Part shown: positions 30,710-41,894 of the stretch, piece by piece
How positions within the stretch are numbered: the stretch's first letter is position 1
How the letters are laid out: each line of letters starts with the position of its first letter
Assembly: GCA_902542595.1 (NCBI GenBank)
Contig: CACBVE010000001.1
Span: 1,533-65,532, forward strand
Length of the DNA stretch: 64,000 nt
Origin: an uncultured Prochlorococcus sp.
GTDB taxonomy: Bacteria > Cyanobacteriota > Cyanobacteriia > PCC-6307 > Cyanobiaceae
Direction: 5' to 3'
Program-made: the position numbers and the translations under genes
The notes under the pieces: generated by a model
What the model saw: the letters and a program-made list of their open reading frames with translations, nothing else
Told to the model about the DNA's origin: nothing
Database searches by the model: none

Positions 30710-32455
30710 TTACATCATTCCTGGCATACCCATGCCACCCATTCCTGGCATACCCATGCCACCCATTCCTGGCATACCCATACCACCCATTCCTGGCATA
30801 CCCATACCACCCATCCCTGGCATGCCCATACCACCCATTCCTCCCATTGGATCCCCACCTTGTCCTCCAGGGGCGGCAGCTTCAGGTTCTGGAATGTCAG
30901 CAATCGCAACTTCTGTTGTCAGGAGCATAGCTGCAATAGATACTGAATCTTGAAGAGCCAATCTTATTACTTTAGTTGGGTCTAATATCCCTGACTCCTT
31001 TAAATCCTCATATTTTCCTGAATAGGCATTAAAGCCTTTGTTGAGCCTCTTAATTTCAGCGACAACTACATCGCCATTAAAACCAGCATTTTTTGCTATT
31101 TGTTTAGTAGGTTCTAAAAGAGCTTCTTTTAATATATTTATCCCTGTTCTCAGATCATCGGATGATTTTTGACTTAAATTTATAAGTTCATCTGATATTT
31201 CAATTAAAGTTTGTCCACCACCAGAAACTATACCTTCTTCAATAGCTGCTTTTGTAGCATTAAGGGAATCTTCTATTCTCAATTTTTTGTACTTCATTTC
31301 TGTTTCTGTTGCAGCTCCTACTTTTATAAGAGCCACACCTCCAGCAAGTTTGGCGATTCTTTCATTAATTTTATCCTGATCATATTCTGATTCTGTTATC
31401 TCGACTTCTTTCTTTAATTTATCTACTCGTTTTTTCACTAAATCTTTAGTGTCTTCGAAGGCAACAATTGTAGTTTTATCTTTTGTGATAGTTATTTTTT
31501 TTGCTTTACCTAAATCATTTATCGATACTTGATCTAGTGCCATTGATTTATCTTCGCTAATTAACTTAGCACCTGTAAGAATTGCGATATCTTCAAGGGC
31601 AGCCTTTCTCCTCTCCCCAAATAATGGAGCTCTCACGGAAGCTACATTCAAAACTCCACTATTTTTATTCAAGACAAGAGTTGTCAATGCTTCTCCTTCT
31701 ATATCTTCAGCGAGAATTAGAAAAGGTGAGCCTGATTTCTGAATTTCTTCTAATATTGGAACTAAATTAGCTAATGTAGAAATCTTCTGGTCAGTTATTA
31801 ATATCTTTGGGTTTTCAAGTTCACAAACTTGTCTTTCTTGGTCAGTTACGAAGTAAGGAGAACTATATCCTCTATCAAAAGACATACCTTCAGTTATATT
31901 TAATTCTGTATCTAATGATTGAGATTCTTCAACAGTTATTACTCCATCGGAAGTAACAATATCCATGGCCTTTGAAATTATAGATCCTATTTCTTCATCG
32001 CCTCCTGCACTAACTGTTGCAACTTTTTTGATATCAGAACCCCCTAATGAAATACTTTTAGAACTTAATTTTTCTAGAACAAAAGCTAAGCCTACCTCCA
32101 TACCTTTTTTTAACTCCATTGGATTAGCACCTGAAGCAATATTTTTTAATCCTTCCTGAACCATCTTCTGAGCCAAAATGGTTGCTGTTGTTGTTCCGTC
32201 CCCAGCACTCTCTTTTGTTTTGGATGCAACTTGTTCAATTAATTTTGCTCCTAAATTAGAAATAGGGTTCTCAATTTCAATCTCTTTGGCAACTGTAGAA
32301 CCATCTCTTACTACATCTGGTGAACCAAATTTTCTCTCTATTACTACGTTTTTTGCCTTCGGTCCAATAGTAACTTTTACTGCATTAGCTACGAAATTGA
32401 CACCCTTTTCTAGAGCTTCTCTTGATTCATTAGAAAAACTTAACTGTTTTGCCAT
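30710..32455 (-). CDS. groEL2: Chaperonin GroEL2 (no adjacent groES)
   Basis: [25 protein letters not shown], long GGM tail; stand-alone copy. Confidence 0.96.
   Translation of the reverse strand: MAKQLSFSNESREALEKGVNFVANAVKVTIGPKAKNVVIERKFGSPDVVRDGSTVAKEIEIENPISNLGAKLIEQVASKTKESAGDGTTTATILAQKMVQEGLKNIASGANPMELKKGMEVGLAFVLEKLSSKSISLGGSDIKKVATVSAGGDEEIGSIISKAMDIVTSDGVITVEESQSLDTELNITEGMSFDRGYSSPYFVTDQERQVCELENPKILITDQKISTLANLVPILEEIQKSGSPFLILAEDIEGEALTTLVLNKNSGVLNVASVRAPLFGERRKAALEDIAILTGAKLISEDKSMALDQVSINDLGKAKKITITKDKTTIVAFEDTKDLVKKRVDKLKKEVEITESEYDQDKINERIAKLAGGVALIKVGAATETEMKYKKLRIEDSLNATKAAIEEGIVSGGGQTLIEISDELINLSQKSSDDLRTGINILKEALLEPTKQIAKNAGFNGDVVVAEIKRLNKGFNAYSGKYEDLKESGILDPTKVIRLALQDSVSIAAMLLTTEVAIADIPEPEAAAPGGQGGDPMGGMGGMGMPGMGGMGMPGMGGMGMPGMGGMGMPGMGGMGMPGMM
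30716..30835 (-). repeat. 24-bp tandem repeat x5 encoding the (GGMGMPGM)5 tail of GroEL2
   Basis: CATTCCTGGCATACCCATRCCACC units on the + strand. Confidence 0.95.
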
Positions 32456-32519
32456 TTTTATTGGTTATTTTTCTTATTCTAATCTCCCATAGAATCATTT
32501 TTAAGGGATATTTAATTAA

Positions 32520-32535
32520 GTGGGGAAAGCCGAAT
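32520..32535 (-). promoter_or_regulatory. K-box-like (Rre1-type) heat/light element upstream of groEL2
   Basis: Minus strand ATTCGGCTTTCCCCAC versus K-box consensus GTTCGG-NNAN-CCNNAC, 64 nt upstream of the groEL2 ATG. Confidence 0.55.
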
Positions 32536-32586
32536 TTCTTTTTAATGAGACATACAAATTGATTAAAATAAAGGTATCTTTAATGT

Positions 32587-32766
32587 ATGGATGAAACAAA
32601 TAATCTTATTTTTACTCTTACAGCAATCTTTGCGATTGCTATGACGCTGATATATTTTCCACTAAGATTTTTCCTGACTTTAACAGCTAGAAGTCGAAGA
32701 CTAAAATTATTACAAAAAATTAGAAGGCTAAGAGATGAATTAGGCCAACCTTACGAGAGTACATAA
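32587..32766 (+). CDS. Small membrane-anchored hypothetical protein (59 aa; not in the ORF track)
   Basis: Hand translation MDETNNLIFTLTAIFAIAMTLIYFPLRFFLTLTARSRRLKLLQKIRRLRDELGQPYEST; fills the gap exactly up to the fabG stop. Confidence 0.8.
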   Translation: MDETNNLIFTLTAIFAIAMTLIYFPLRFFLTLTARSRRLKLLQKIRRLRDELGQPYEST

Positions 32767-33516
32767 TTAGATACTCATACCCCCATCGATACTAATTGTT
32801 TGTCCTGTTATGTAACTTCCTGCATTACTTGCAACTAAAAATGATACTAAGTTTGCAATTTGAGAACAACTTCCTAATTTCCCTAAAGGAATAGCTTTAA
32901 GAATCTCTTCAGTATTGAGTTTTTCAGTCATCTCTGTTTCTATGAAACCTGGAGCTATCGCATTTACGTTTATACCCCTTGGAGCAAATTCTTTAGCGCA
33001 AGTTTTGGTGAATCCAATTACTCCAGCTTTGGCTGCAGAATAATTTGCTTGACCGGGATTACCAATTATTCCAACAACAGATGAAATATTCACGATACTT
33101 CCACTTCTTTTTTTCATCATGAATTTTGAAGCATATTTTGTACAAAGAAAAACTCCTTTTAAGTTTGTATTTAGTACGTCATCCCATTGTTCCGATTTCA
33201 TTCTCATCAATAGTCCATCTCTAGTAATGCCAGCATTATTAATGAGGATATCAACGGAGCCATTAATTTTTATGATCTCTTCAAAAGCTGAACTGACAGA
33301 ATCCTCTTTTGAAACATCAAATTTTAATTTATGAGCTTTACCCCCTAAATTTTTTATTGAATTTAAGACCTCTGCAGCTTTTTCATCAGATGAAGAGTAA
33401 TTAATAAAAACCTCTGCTCCCAAGCGGCTTAATTCTAAAGCAATTTCTTTACCAATTCCTCTGCTAGCTCCAGTGATTAAAGCGACTTTGCCTGATAATA
33501 AATCTGTATTAGACAT
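32767..33516 (-). CDS. fabG: 3-oxoacyl-ACP reductase
   Basis: TGASRGIG, NNAGITRD, GQANYSAAK, IDGGM. Confidence 0.96.
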   Translation of the reverse strand: MSNTDLLSGKVALITGASRGIGKEIALELSRLGAEVFINYSSSDEKAAEVLNSIKNLGGKAHKLKFDVSKEDSVSSAFEEIIKINGSVDILINNAGITRDGLLMRMKSEQWDDVLNTNLKGVFLCTKYASKFMMKKRSGSIVNISSVVGIIGNPGQANYSAAKAGVIGFTKTCAKEFAPRGINVNAIAPGFIETEMTEKLNTEEILKAIPLGKLGSCSQIANLVSFLVASNAGSYITGQTISIDGGMSI

Positions 33517-33607
33517 TGTGAAATTTTATAATTTTTAATCGTAGTACTATTTGTGTAAAGATATTGCTTTTATTTATAATTATCTAGAAATATTAAGTCC
33601 TCTTATC

Positions 33608-34279
33608 GTGCATTTTTTAATACCAGCTGCAGGTAGTGGTAGCAGAATGAAAGCTGGAAAAAATAAATTACTTATTGATTTAGAGGGAGAGCCTTTGATT
33701 TATTGGACACTTAAATCTGTATTTTCTGCAAGCTCAACAAATTGGGTTGGAATAATTGGGCAACCGAAAGATAAAAATTTATTATTAAATTCAGCAAAGG
33801 ATTTTGCCAATAAAGTTCATTGGATTACTGGTGGAGACACCAGACAAAAGTCTGTTTTTAATGGTTTAAAAGCGCTGCCAAAAGATGCTAAAAAAGTTTT
33901 AATACATGACGGTGCTAGATGTCTAATTAATCCTGAATTAATAGATCAATGTGCCAAGCAACTAGATGAAAATGAAGCTGTTATTTTGGCTACTAAGGTA
34001 ACTGACACAATAAAGATTGTTGATAATGAAGGTTTTATTAAAGAAACACCAGATAGAAATTATTTATGGGCAGCGCAAACTCCTCAGGGATTTTTAGTAG
34101 ATAGATTAAAAAAAGCTCATAAAATGGCAATTGATAAAAACTGGAAAGTCACAGATGATGCCTCGCTATTCGAAATGCTTAATTGGAAAGTAAAAATTAT
34201 TGAAGGAACTTATTCAAATATAAAAATTACATCTCCTGTAGATTTGAAAATAGCAAAACTTTTTGTGCAAAATTCCTAG
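33608..34279 (+). CDS. ispD: 2-C-methyl-D-erythritol 4-phosphate cytidylyltransferase
   Basis: PAAGSGSRM...NK, IHDGARC, AQTPQGF, TDDA, NIKIT; GTG start chosen just before HFLIPAAG. Confidence 0.95.
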   Translation: MHFLIPAAGSGSRMKAGKNKLLIDLEGEPLIYWTLKSVFSASSTNWVGIIGQPKDKNLLLNSAKDFANKVHWITGGDTRQKSVFNGLKALPKDAKKVLIHDGARCLINPELIDQCAKQLDENEAVILATKVTDTIKIVDNEGFIKETPDRNYLWAAQTPQGFLVDRLKKAHKMAIDKNWKVTDDASLFEMLNWKVKIIEGTYSNIKITSPVDLKIAKLFVQNS

Positions 34280-35149
34280 TTAAAAAGGGTTTTCGATACT
34301 AAGAATGCCTTTATCACCATTTAAGGTTGCTTCATACCCTAATGGGATGCATGCGTTACCTGATATGTGCCCTATGGGGAGGTCAAAAAGAATAGGAAAA
34401 TTAAAATCTTGGAGTCTTTCAATAATGCAGTTTTTTAGTAAATTTTTCCATTCAAGTTCGCAGGAATCATGGGAAAAACTACCGAATCCAATACCCGCAA
34501 CGTCAGTAAGTGTATTAGTCATCCTAAGGTAAGTCAACATGCGATCAATTTTATAAATATCTTCATTAATATCTTCAAAAATTATTATCTTACCTCTGCA
34601 ATCAGGGAAGTGATTAGTACCAATTAAAAAAGTGGCAATAGTTAAGTTAGAAACTATGATATCCCCTTTCGCTTTCCCACCTCTTAAAGGAATTCCTCTT
34701 ATTTCATCAACATAACCCTCAAAAAGTAAATTTCTTAATCTCTCAAGACTCCACTTTGGCTCTTTGAAAAGGCTTGTAACCATCGGTCCATGAATAGAAC
34801 CAATAAATCCTTGAGAATATTTAGATAGTAATAAAGAACACGTATCTGAGAATCCAAGCATTAAACCATTCTGCCAAGAAGGTTCTTTTTCTAATATTCT
34901 TGCTGAACCCCAGCCTCCTTTTGCAAAAATGATCAGCTTACTATTCTGTGCTTTCTCCAGTTCTTCAAATCTAGTAAGATCATCACCTGCAAAATAACCA
35001 AATTTTTTTGATAGAGAATTATTTTCATTAATTTCTAAGCCCCAGTTTTTTAAGATTTCTATGCCTTTGTGAAAATTTTCCTCTTCATCAATAAAGGAAG
35101 CTGGAGCTAATATATCGATTAGATCCCCTTTTTTTAACCTAAAAACCAT
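34280..35149 (-). CDS. ldcA: LD-carboxypeptidase (S66 / MccF family)
   Basis: APAS, KGGWG, GFSD (catalytic Ser), HGPM, FEDI.E..Y.IDRML, P.GH. Confidence 0.88.
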   Translation of the reverse strand: MVFRLKKGDLIDILAPASFIDEEENFHKGIEILKNWGLEINENNSLSKKFGYFAGDDLTRFEELEKAQNSKLIIFAKGGWGSARILEKEPSWQNGLMLGFSDTCSLLLSKYSQGFIGSIHGPMVTSLFKEPKWSLERLRNLLFEGYVDEIRGIPLRGGKAKGDIIVSNLTIATFLIGTNHFPDCRGKIIIFEDINEDIYKIDRMLTYLRMTNTLTDVAGIGFGSFSHDSCELEWKNLLKNCIIERLQDFNFPILFDLPIGHISGNACIPLGYEATLNGDKGILSIENPF

Positions 35150-35158
35150 ATTTAGAAT

Positions 35159-36067
35159 TTACGAGGCAATAATAATTCCTAATAAAAGGAGTCCTCCATA
35201 AATTGATTGATTTTTGAAGTGATTCCCAATATTTTTTATTGATTGTTTTTCCTCAGGAAATACTTTTAGTATATCTCTCTGCATTAAGATTGACGTTGTA
35301 AGCAAAATTGGCCAAAAAATAAAATCCATTTGATTAATAAATCCGCATAATGCGAGAAAACAAGAAGTTAAAAAATAACAAATTTGAATAGTTATTCTTG
35401 TATTGTTTTGGAGGTTAACAGCGGAACTGTTTATTCCAATTTTGATATCGTATTTTTTGTCTGCTAGAGCATAAATCGTGTCAAAGCCAAAAGTCCAAAA
35501 AACGGTAGCTAGCCAGCAAAATAATAAAACAATACTATTTAGATTGCCTTCATTTGCGGCCCAGGGAATTAAGACAGCAAAACCCCAGCATATGGATAAG
35601 ATTAATTGAGGATATTTAAACCATCTTTTAGCAGAAGGATAAATTAAAATAATAGGTAAAGCTAAAAAAGCTAGAAAAATCGAAAGGCTTCTTCCGGGCT
35701 GAGGTAGAGACAAAGTTAAAAAGAAGCTACATAAAATTAAAAAGAAAAGAATTGAATAAGCCGTTTTAAGACCAATTTTATTTGCAGCTAGAGGTCTATT
35801 TTTTGTCCTAACAACTCTTTGATCAATTTTTTTGTCCCAAATATCATTAACCACGCAGCCTAATCCACTTACTAGTAGTCCTCCCAGTATTATTCTTAGC
35901 AACATTAAAAATGTTGGATTAGCATCTGGGGTTAAATATAAACTCCATCCAGCAGGAATAAGTAAGATCATTCTTCCAGTTGGCTTATTCCACCTTAATA
36001 ATTCAAAAAAAGTACTTAATTTAATTTGTCGATTTTTATTTTGCATATGACCTATTGTATATTTCAT
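35159..36067 (-). CDS. ubiA: 4-hydroxybenzoate solanesyltransferase (UbiA/PlqA)
   Basis: RWNKPTG, GCVVNDIWD..ID..V.RT..RPLA, FDTIYA.AD. Confidence 0.93.
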   Translation of the reverse strand: MKYTIGHMQNKNRQIKLSTFFELLRWNKPTGRMILLIPAGWSLYLTPDANPTFLMLLRIILGGLLVSGLGCVVNDIWDKKIDQRVVRTKNRPLAANKIGLKTAYSILFFLILCSFFLTLSLPQPGRSLSIFLAFLALPIILIYPSAKRWFKYPQLILSICWGFAVLIPWAANEGNLNSIVLLFCWLATVFWTFGFDTIYALADKKYDIKIGINSSAVNLQNNTRITIQICYFLTSCFLALCGFINQMDFIFWPILLTTSILMQRDILKVFPEEKQSIKNIGNHFKNQSIYGGLLLLGIIIAS

Positions 36068-36171
36068 AACTTTAAATAATCTTACTAGGATTAAATGATT
36101 TCTATTATTTAATAATCAATCTTGGGTATATTTATTAATGGATTAAAGAGATCTGCTCTTATTAAAAAGAA

Positions 36172-37767
36172 ATGATACAGAAACAAGATTTAAGATATTC
36201 TAAAGAAAAGCAAATTTTAGTAGCTTCTATAGATATTGGAACTAACTCTACACATCTCTTAGTAGCAGAAATTAATCTAGAATTAAAATCATTTTCAATA
36301 AAATTCACTGATAAATCAACCACTCGTCTTGGAGAAAGAGATGAGGAGGGTAATCTTACGGAAGAATCAATCCAAAGAGCATTAGTTACTCTTAAGCGAT
36401 TTAAGGAATATTGTAAAAGTAATGGAGTAAAACAAATAGTAACAGCAGCAACAAGTGCAGTTAGGGAAGCTCCAAACGGCCAAGATTTTATTAAAAGAGT
36501 TCTTGATGAAACTGATATTCAAATAGAAATGATAAGTGGTTCTGAGGAAGCCAGATTAATTTACCTTGGTGTTCTTTCTGGTATGGCTTTTGAAGATCAG
36601 TCTTTTGTAATCATAGATATTGGAGGAGGATCTACAGAATTAATACTTGCTGATAAAAAAGATGCTATAGCTCTTACCAGTTCGAGAATTGGTACGGTAA
36701 GACTTAAAAATGATTTTTTAAATAAAGAGTCTATAAATTCAGGAAGATCGAGTTTTTTAAAAACTTTTATTAAAGGATCTTTAGAACCAGCTGTTCGAAA
36801 AATAAAGAGTAGATCTAAGGGAGATAAGACTTTATCTATGATTGCAACCAGTGGCACTGCAACTTCATTAGGAAATTTAATTTCAGATGATTTGGGAGAA
36901 TCTAAACAAAAGTTGCATGGGTATAAATTTAAAAGGGAAAATTTACATAATATATTGGAAAAATTAATTAAATTGCCAGTGTCGGATATCAAGAAAATAC
37001 CTTCATTAAGTGAGAGAAGAGCAGAAATAATTGTTCCAGGTGCATTGATATTAAATTCCGCAATGGAGATGTTGAATTTTAATGAATTAATAATAAGTGA
37101 GAGGGCGCTTCGAGAGGGTTTGGTTGTAGATTGGATGCTTCGGAAAGGGATAATTAAAAACGAGTTAAATATTCAAAGCAATATTAGAAAAACAACAATA
37201 GTTCATCAGGCCAGAAAGTTTGGAGTAGACAATACAAGAGCTGAGAAAGTTATTGATATTGCCTTTCAAATTTATGATCAGACTAAAAATATCTTTCATA
37301 GCGATAATGACCCTAAAGCCAAAGAACTTCTTTGGGCAGCTTCTAATCTTTATAATTGTGGAAAATATGTGAACATTGGTTCATATCATAAACACTCTTG
37401 GTACTTAATAAAAAATTGTGAGTTGTTGGGATATTCTGAATCAGAAACAAATATTATTGCTTCAATTGCCAGATATCATAGAAAGACTCTACCCAAGAAA
37501 AGACATGAGTCTTGGCAAAATTTAATATCCAAAGAAGATAAAACATTAGTTCTCGAAATGTCATTAATCCTGAGACTAGCAGCATCTCTTGATCAAAGAC
37601 CTGATAAGGTGATCTCCTCAGTTCAAATTAAATTGCAGGAAAATATTCTTACATTTGAACTTTTACCTTTTAATAGAAACCATGATCTGCTTCTTGAAAA
37701 ATGGAACTTAGGATTATGCCGTAATGTAATAAAAGAACTAAAGAATTTGGATTTAAAAGTTATTTAG
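36172..37767 (+). CDS. ppx: Exopolyphosphatase Ppx/GppA
   Basis: IDIGTNS, ATSAVREAPN, DIGGGSTE, ALREG, C-terminal HD-like domain. Confidence 0.94.
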   Translation: MIQKQDLRYSKEKQILVASIDIGTNSTHLLVAEINLELKSFSIKFTDKSTTRLGERDEEGNLTEESIQRALVTLKRFKEYCKSNGVKQIVTAATSAVREAPNGQDFIKRVLDETDIQIEMISGSEEARLIYLGVLSGMAFEDQSFVIIDIGGGSTELILADKKDAIALTSSRIGTVRLKNDFLNKESINSGRSSFLKTFIKGSLEPAVRKIKSRSKGDKTLSMIATSGTATSLGNLISDDLGESKQKLHGYKFKRENLHNILEKLIKLPVSDIKKIPSLSERRAEIIVPGALILNSAMEMLNFNELIISERALREGLVVDWMLRKGIIKNELNIQSNIRKTTIVHQARKFGVDNTRAEKVIDIAFQIYDQTKNIFHSDNDPKAKELLWAASNLYNCGKYVNIGSYHKHSWYLIKNCELLGYSESETNIIASIARYHRKTLPKKRHESWQNLISKEDKTLVLEMSLILRLAASLDQRPDKVISSVQIKLQENILTFELLPFNRNHDLLLEKWNLGLCRNVIKELKNLDLKVI

Positions 37768-38254
37768 TTTTTTTAATAAGTTCTTGTTTTGGAGTCTGAT
37801 TCTGAGAAGAGTCTGAAAATAAATTGAAAATTAAGGACGAGGCGATTAGTCCGAGAAGGCCTGAAATTAAAATAAATATCCAAAACCCTACTGGACTAAG
37901 ATCCTTAGATTGTCTAGTTTTATTAGTTTTTTTAGTAACTTCTTCAACTATTTCTTCTATTTTTATCTCTTGTCTTTCTGTCTTGAATTCATTCATTATA
38001 AACTCTGTATCAAGTTTCAGCTTCTGTGAAATTCTACGAACCATTGCTTTGATAAATACTTTTTCAGGGAGTTCTTCTTCATTACCTTCTTCAATGGCTT
38101 TAAGTTGATGTGATCCAATTTTTAAATCAGAAGCCAATTCTTCAACAGATTGATCTCTACTTAACCTTGCCTCTTTAATAAAATTTCCAATCCTCTTTAA
38201 AGAGGATTGTTCTTTTTTGGTATTTTTTTCTGGGTTAGATTTTATTTCTTTCAA
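37760..38254 (-). CDS. RodZ-like HTH (XRE) protein with C-terminal TM helix
   Basis: IG..IKEARL...SVEELA..LKI...L.AIEEG....LPE.VF. Confidence 0.82.
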   Translation of the reverse strand: MKEIKSNPEKNTKKEQSSLKRIGNFIKEARLSRDQSVEELASDLKIGSHQLKAIEEGNEEELPEKVFIKAMVRRISQKLKLDTEFIMNEFKTERQEIKIEEIVEEVTKKTNKTRQSKDLSPVGFWIFILISGLLGLIASSLIFNLFSDSSQNQTPKQELIKKTK

Positions 38255-38309
38255 AGCAAATAAATTTTTACTAATTATAGTGATTAATATTTTTCTATCA
38301 ACTTTAAGA

Positions 38310-39065
38310 TTATTTATTCCTAAAGAGATGCGTATATGATGGATTATAAAGATTAGATCTTTTTTGAGAATTACTAATTGCTGGGCTAATTATGTAAATG
38401 GTTGTTCTAATTAGTTTTTTCTCAATAGAAAATTTTTCCATATCTTTTAATTCTATTAATGATGTCCAACCATCATCCCAAGATACTCTAAATCCAACAA
38501 TAACTTTAGTCTCTGGAGGGTAAAACTCTAGTAGAGTTTCTTGAGACCTTTTCACATGCCTAGCACTTAGATAAAGACATATAGAGGAATTGTGTTTCGC
38601 AAGATCCTTAAGAGATTCTTTTTTAGGCATCCCTGTTCGCCCTCCTGCCCTAGTTAAAATTATAGTTTGCGTTACTTCAGGGATGGTTAACTCAGCTTCA
38701 TGATATGCTGCAGCGACTTGAAAAGCACTTACTCCAGGAACAACCTCGATTTCAATTTTTTCGTTTTTTAAAATTTCGATTTGCTCTCTAATTGCTCCAA
38801 AAAGGCAAGGGTCTCCATCATGCAACCTTACAACAGTTTTCCCTGCCTGAAATTTTTCTATCATGATTGAGGTGATTTGCTCTAAGTTGAGCGAACTCGT
38901 TTTTATTTTTTCAGAACCTTCTTTAGAAAAATCTAAAATCTTTTCAGGAATTAGAGAATCAGTCCAAATAATGACATCTGCAATTTTTATCTTTTTTAAG
39001 GCTTTTAAAGTTAATAATTCTGGATCGCCTGGACCAACACCAATAAAGGATATTTTATTAACCAT
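38310..39065 (-). CDS. cobM: Precorrin-4 C11-methyltransferase
   Basis: [38 protein letters not shown]. Confidence 0.93.
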   Translation of the reverse strand: MVNKISFIGVGPGDPELLTLKALKKIKIADVIIWTDSLIPEKILDFSKEGSEKIKTSSLNLEQITSIMIEKFQAGKTVVRLHDGDPCLFGAIREQIEILKNEKIEIEVVPGVSAFQVAAAYHEAELTIPEVTQTIILTRAGGRTGMPKKESLKDLAKHNSSICLYLSARHVKRSQETLLEFYPPETKVIVGFRVSWDDGWTSLIELKDMEKFSIEKKLIRTTIYIISPAISNSQKRSNLYNPSYTHLFRNK

Positions 39066-39951
39066 TCTTTCTATTTTCCCCACTATATGTTCTCAATCTT
39101 AAAAAAAATATTCCAATTAATCCAGAAGAAAATAGAAAAATACTTATAAATTGAGCCATTCTAATACCGCCATCACAGAAAGGCGGGAGCGCACCAATAC
39201 ATAGTGGGTCAGTTCTTAAACCTTCAATCCAGAATCTTCCAAAGCTATAACTTATTAAATAAACACAGCTTATAAATCCAGGCCTGAAAAAATCTGTTTT
39301 ATTTTGTTTATTAAAGGTAATAATAAGGATTATGAAAATTAAAAGATTCCACAATGACTCATAGAGAAATGTAGGATGAAAAAATTCATAATTAAGAAAT
39401 TCTAGAGGCCTATTTTGGATGGGTATAAATAATTTCCAAGGCAAATTTGTAGGAACTCCAAAGGCTTCATTATTGAAAAAATTTCCCCATCTTCCTATTG
39501 ATTGTCCAAGAATAATCGAGGGTACAAGTATATCTAAAAAAGTTTTTAAATTAATTTTTTTCGACTTACAGAAATAGATAATTGATATTAATCCTCCAAT
39601 TAGACCTCCATGGATTGCTATACCTCCTTCCCAAACTGCGAGAAAAGAAGGTATTTTAATGATGTTATTGAATAGTTCAAAAGAAGTAAAAAAGTTTTCT
39701 CCGCTATATTGCCTCCACTCAAAAAATACGTAATAAGCTCTAGCTCCAATTATTGAAGAGATTATTAATGATGGAAGTATTTCATTAATGTACTCTGGGT
39801 TAATATTTCTTGCCTTTGCTAGTTTTTTAGAGACAAATAGGCCTATTAAAACTGAAACCGAAATAAGCAGTCCGTACCATCTAATAGTTATAAATCCTAA
39901 ATTTAAAAAAGTTTCTCCTGGAGATTGTATAAAAGCTTGAAGTATAAGCAT
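39058..39951 (-). CDS. lgt: Prolipoprotein diacylglyceryl transferase
   Basis: [23 protein letters not shown]. Confidence 0.96.
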   Translation of the reverse strand: MLILQAFIQSPGETFLNLGFITIRWYGLLISVSVLIGLFVSKKLAKARNINPEYINEILPSLIISSIIGARAYYVFFEWRQYSGENFFTSFELFNNIIKIPSFLAVWEGGIAIHGGLIGGLISIIYFCKSKKINLKTFLDILVPSIILGQSIGRWGNFFNNEAFGVPTNLPWKLFIPIQNRPLEFLNYEFFHPTFLYESLWNLLIFIILIITFNKQNKTDFFRPGFISCVYLISYSFGRFWIEGLRTDPLCIGALPPFCDGGIRMAQFISIFLFSSGLIGIFFLRLRTYSGENRKNG

Positions 39952-39960
39952 TAAAGAAAG

Positions 39961-40914
39961 CTAGATACCCTCTGCTGCCTGTACTTTTTCTACTTGTTTT
40001 TTCTTTAATACTAAAAGTATTTGTGTTAGGCCTACACCAATGAAGAATGCAATCAATCCAAAAACTCTATAAGGGCTCTGAAGTACAACCTCAGCATCTA
40101 ATTGTCCAAAGCCACCGACGTTAGGATCATTAGTAAGAGGGTCACCTGCATTAATTTTGTCTTGTGCTTTTACGATAAGTTGAGGACCAACAGGCACTGC
40201 TTCAGTAGTTATCTCACCATTATCGTTTTCAATATTGACCTTGTAGCTACCATCTTCAATTGTTTCTATTGAATTTATAGTTCCTGAGGTGGAAGATGTG
40301 AAAACTACATTATTGCTTTTGTCTCCAGTTGGGTATACCTGACCTCTACCTCTATTGCCTCCGATATGTAACGAGTATTTCCCATAGTGATATTCTTTAT
40401 TAGTAGATGGATCAGGGGAAAGTACAGGGAAAACTATTTCTTTATTAGTATCGCCAGGTAAAGGCCCCACAATGATGATATTATCTTTCTCTTCACTGTA
40501 ATTAGTAAAATAAACCCCTTCTGTCTCCTCTTTGATTTCTTCGGTCCATCTTTCTTGTGGAGCAAGTTTAAAGCCATCAGGCAGCATTACAACAGCTCCA
40601 ACTTGTAATGGGACTTCAGAACCATCAGCACCGATCTCTTTTAAGTCATTTTTGTATGGTATTTTGACTACAGCTTTGAAAACACTGTTTGCTCCAACAG
40701 ATTGTGGAACCTCTGCAATTGTAGGCATCTGAGCTAGATGACAATTTGCACAGACTATCTTTCCTGTTGCTTCTCTTGGGGATTCATAGTTTTGCTGAGC
40801 CCAAAATGGATAAGCAAAAGTGATCTTTGGATAAAATACAATGCTTGAAATGAAAAGCAAAGTACAGATAAATAAACTTGTTTTTTTCATGATTTGATTT
40901 TTAAGACCTTTCAA
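39961..40914 (-). CDS. petA: Apocytochrome f; start TTG 40914 or ATG 40890
   Basis: YPFWAQ mature N-terminus, CANCH heme motif, [16 protein letters not shown]-like motif. Confidence 0.97.
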   Translation of the reverse strand: MKGLKNQIMKKTSLFICTLLFISSIVFYPKITFAYPFWAQQNYESPREATGKIVCANCHLAQMPTIAEVPQSVGANSVFKAVVKIPYKNDLKEIGADGSEVPLQVGAVVMLPDGFKLAPQERWTEEIKEETEGVYFTNYSEEKDNIIIVGPLPGDTNKEIVFPVLSPDPSTNKEYHYGKYSLHIGGNRGRGQVYPTGDKSNNVVFTSSTSGTINSIETIEDGSYKVNIENDNGEITTEAVPVGPQLIVKAQDKINAGDPLTNDPNVGGFGQLDAEVVLQSPYRVFGLIAFFIGVGLTQILLVLKKKQVEKVQAAEGI

Positions 40915-40916
40915 TT

Positions 40917-41453
40917 TTATGCCCACCATGGATTTTCATTAGTTCTAAAGTCAGTTTCTGACCATTGTTTGACAAGTACAGCATCATCTTCAATATCGAC
41001 ATGCGCTAGCGCTAAAGATAAAGGAGCAGGCCCTCTGACTACTTTCCCATTAGTATCATACTGACTACCATGACAAGGACATATGAATTTATTAGCACCA
41101 CTATCCCATGGGACAACGCAACCTAAATGAGTACAAATTGCATTTAAACCAAATTCTCCTATTTCCCCACCCTCATTAACTATTAAATAAGTTGGATCTC
41201 CTTTAAGACCTTGTACTAGACTTCTGTCTCCTGCTTGATGGGTAGCTAACCAACCTGTCTTAGTTATTGGATTTCCTAATTCATCTTTAGCAGAAGTTCC
41301 ACCTCCACCACCGCCTGCTCTTAAAGGCATGAAATAATTCGCTACAGGATAAAGGGCTCCTAACGCTACACCAGTTGCAGTACCAAATGTAAGAAGATTC
41401 ATAAATTGCCTTCGACCCATTGAAGGGACATCATTGGAACTTAATTGAGTCAT
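40917..41453 (-). CDS. petC: Cytochrome b6f Rieske iron-sulfur subunit
   Basis: RRQF Tat motif, CTHLGC, CPCHGS. Confidence 0.98.
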   Translation of the reverse strand: MTQLSSNDVPSMGRRQFMNLLTFGTATGVALGALYPVANYFMPLRAGGGGGGTSAKDELGNPITKTGWLATHQAGDRSLVQGLKGDPTYLIVNEGGEIGEFGLNAICTHLGCVVPWDSGANKFICPCHGSQYDTNGKVVRGPAPLSLALAHVDIEDDAVLVKQWSETDFRTNENPWWA

Positions 41454-41576
41454 TCGCTACTTGGTTCTGTTATTTATTAGTTATTATGAATCAAATTGTT
41501 CAATTTCTGTTGCAAATAGATAGGACTTTTAATAATTTAAAGTAAAAGTTTAGGAAGTCTTTATTAATTGATTTAA

Positions 41577-41894
41577 ATGAACCCATTGCTAGTAGATGAA
41601 GTTATACATTATTTGATTCATCGCTGGGGCAAAAAATACGATTTTAGACTCTTTAGAAGAGGAAAATTTGTTTATTTTCAGATGATGTGGGGATTCCTTG
41701 GACAGGAATCATTCCCTTTAAGTGAAGATGAATATAAAAAATCGATAGCTGATAAAATCGAGATTTTAAATAGATGTGGATATTCTGAAGAGGTAAGGGA
41801 ATGGCTAAAGAAAGTAAATGCTAAGCCAAGATTAGGTAGAGCTATTAGCTTGCAATTAAATCTTAATGAGAAGATGAAAGAGTTTTTGACTTAA
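41577..41894 (+). CDS. DUF3067 family protein
   Basis: RWGK.YD, YFQMMW.FL.Q.SFPL.E, KPRLGRA; divergent from petC. Confidence 0.82.
   Translation: MNPLLVDEVIHYLIHRWGKKYDFRLFRRGKFVYFQMMWGFLGQESFPLSEDEYKKSIADKIEILNRCGYSEEVREWLKKVNAKPRLGRAISLQLNLNEKMKEFLT

Noticed and set aside
30715-30953. Alternative-frame ORFs with repeated peptides (MPPIPGIP..., WVVWVCQE...)
   Set aside because: By-products of the 24-bp GroEL2 tail repeat read in other frames
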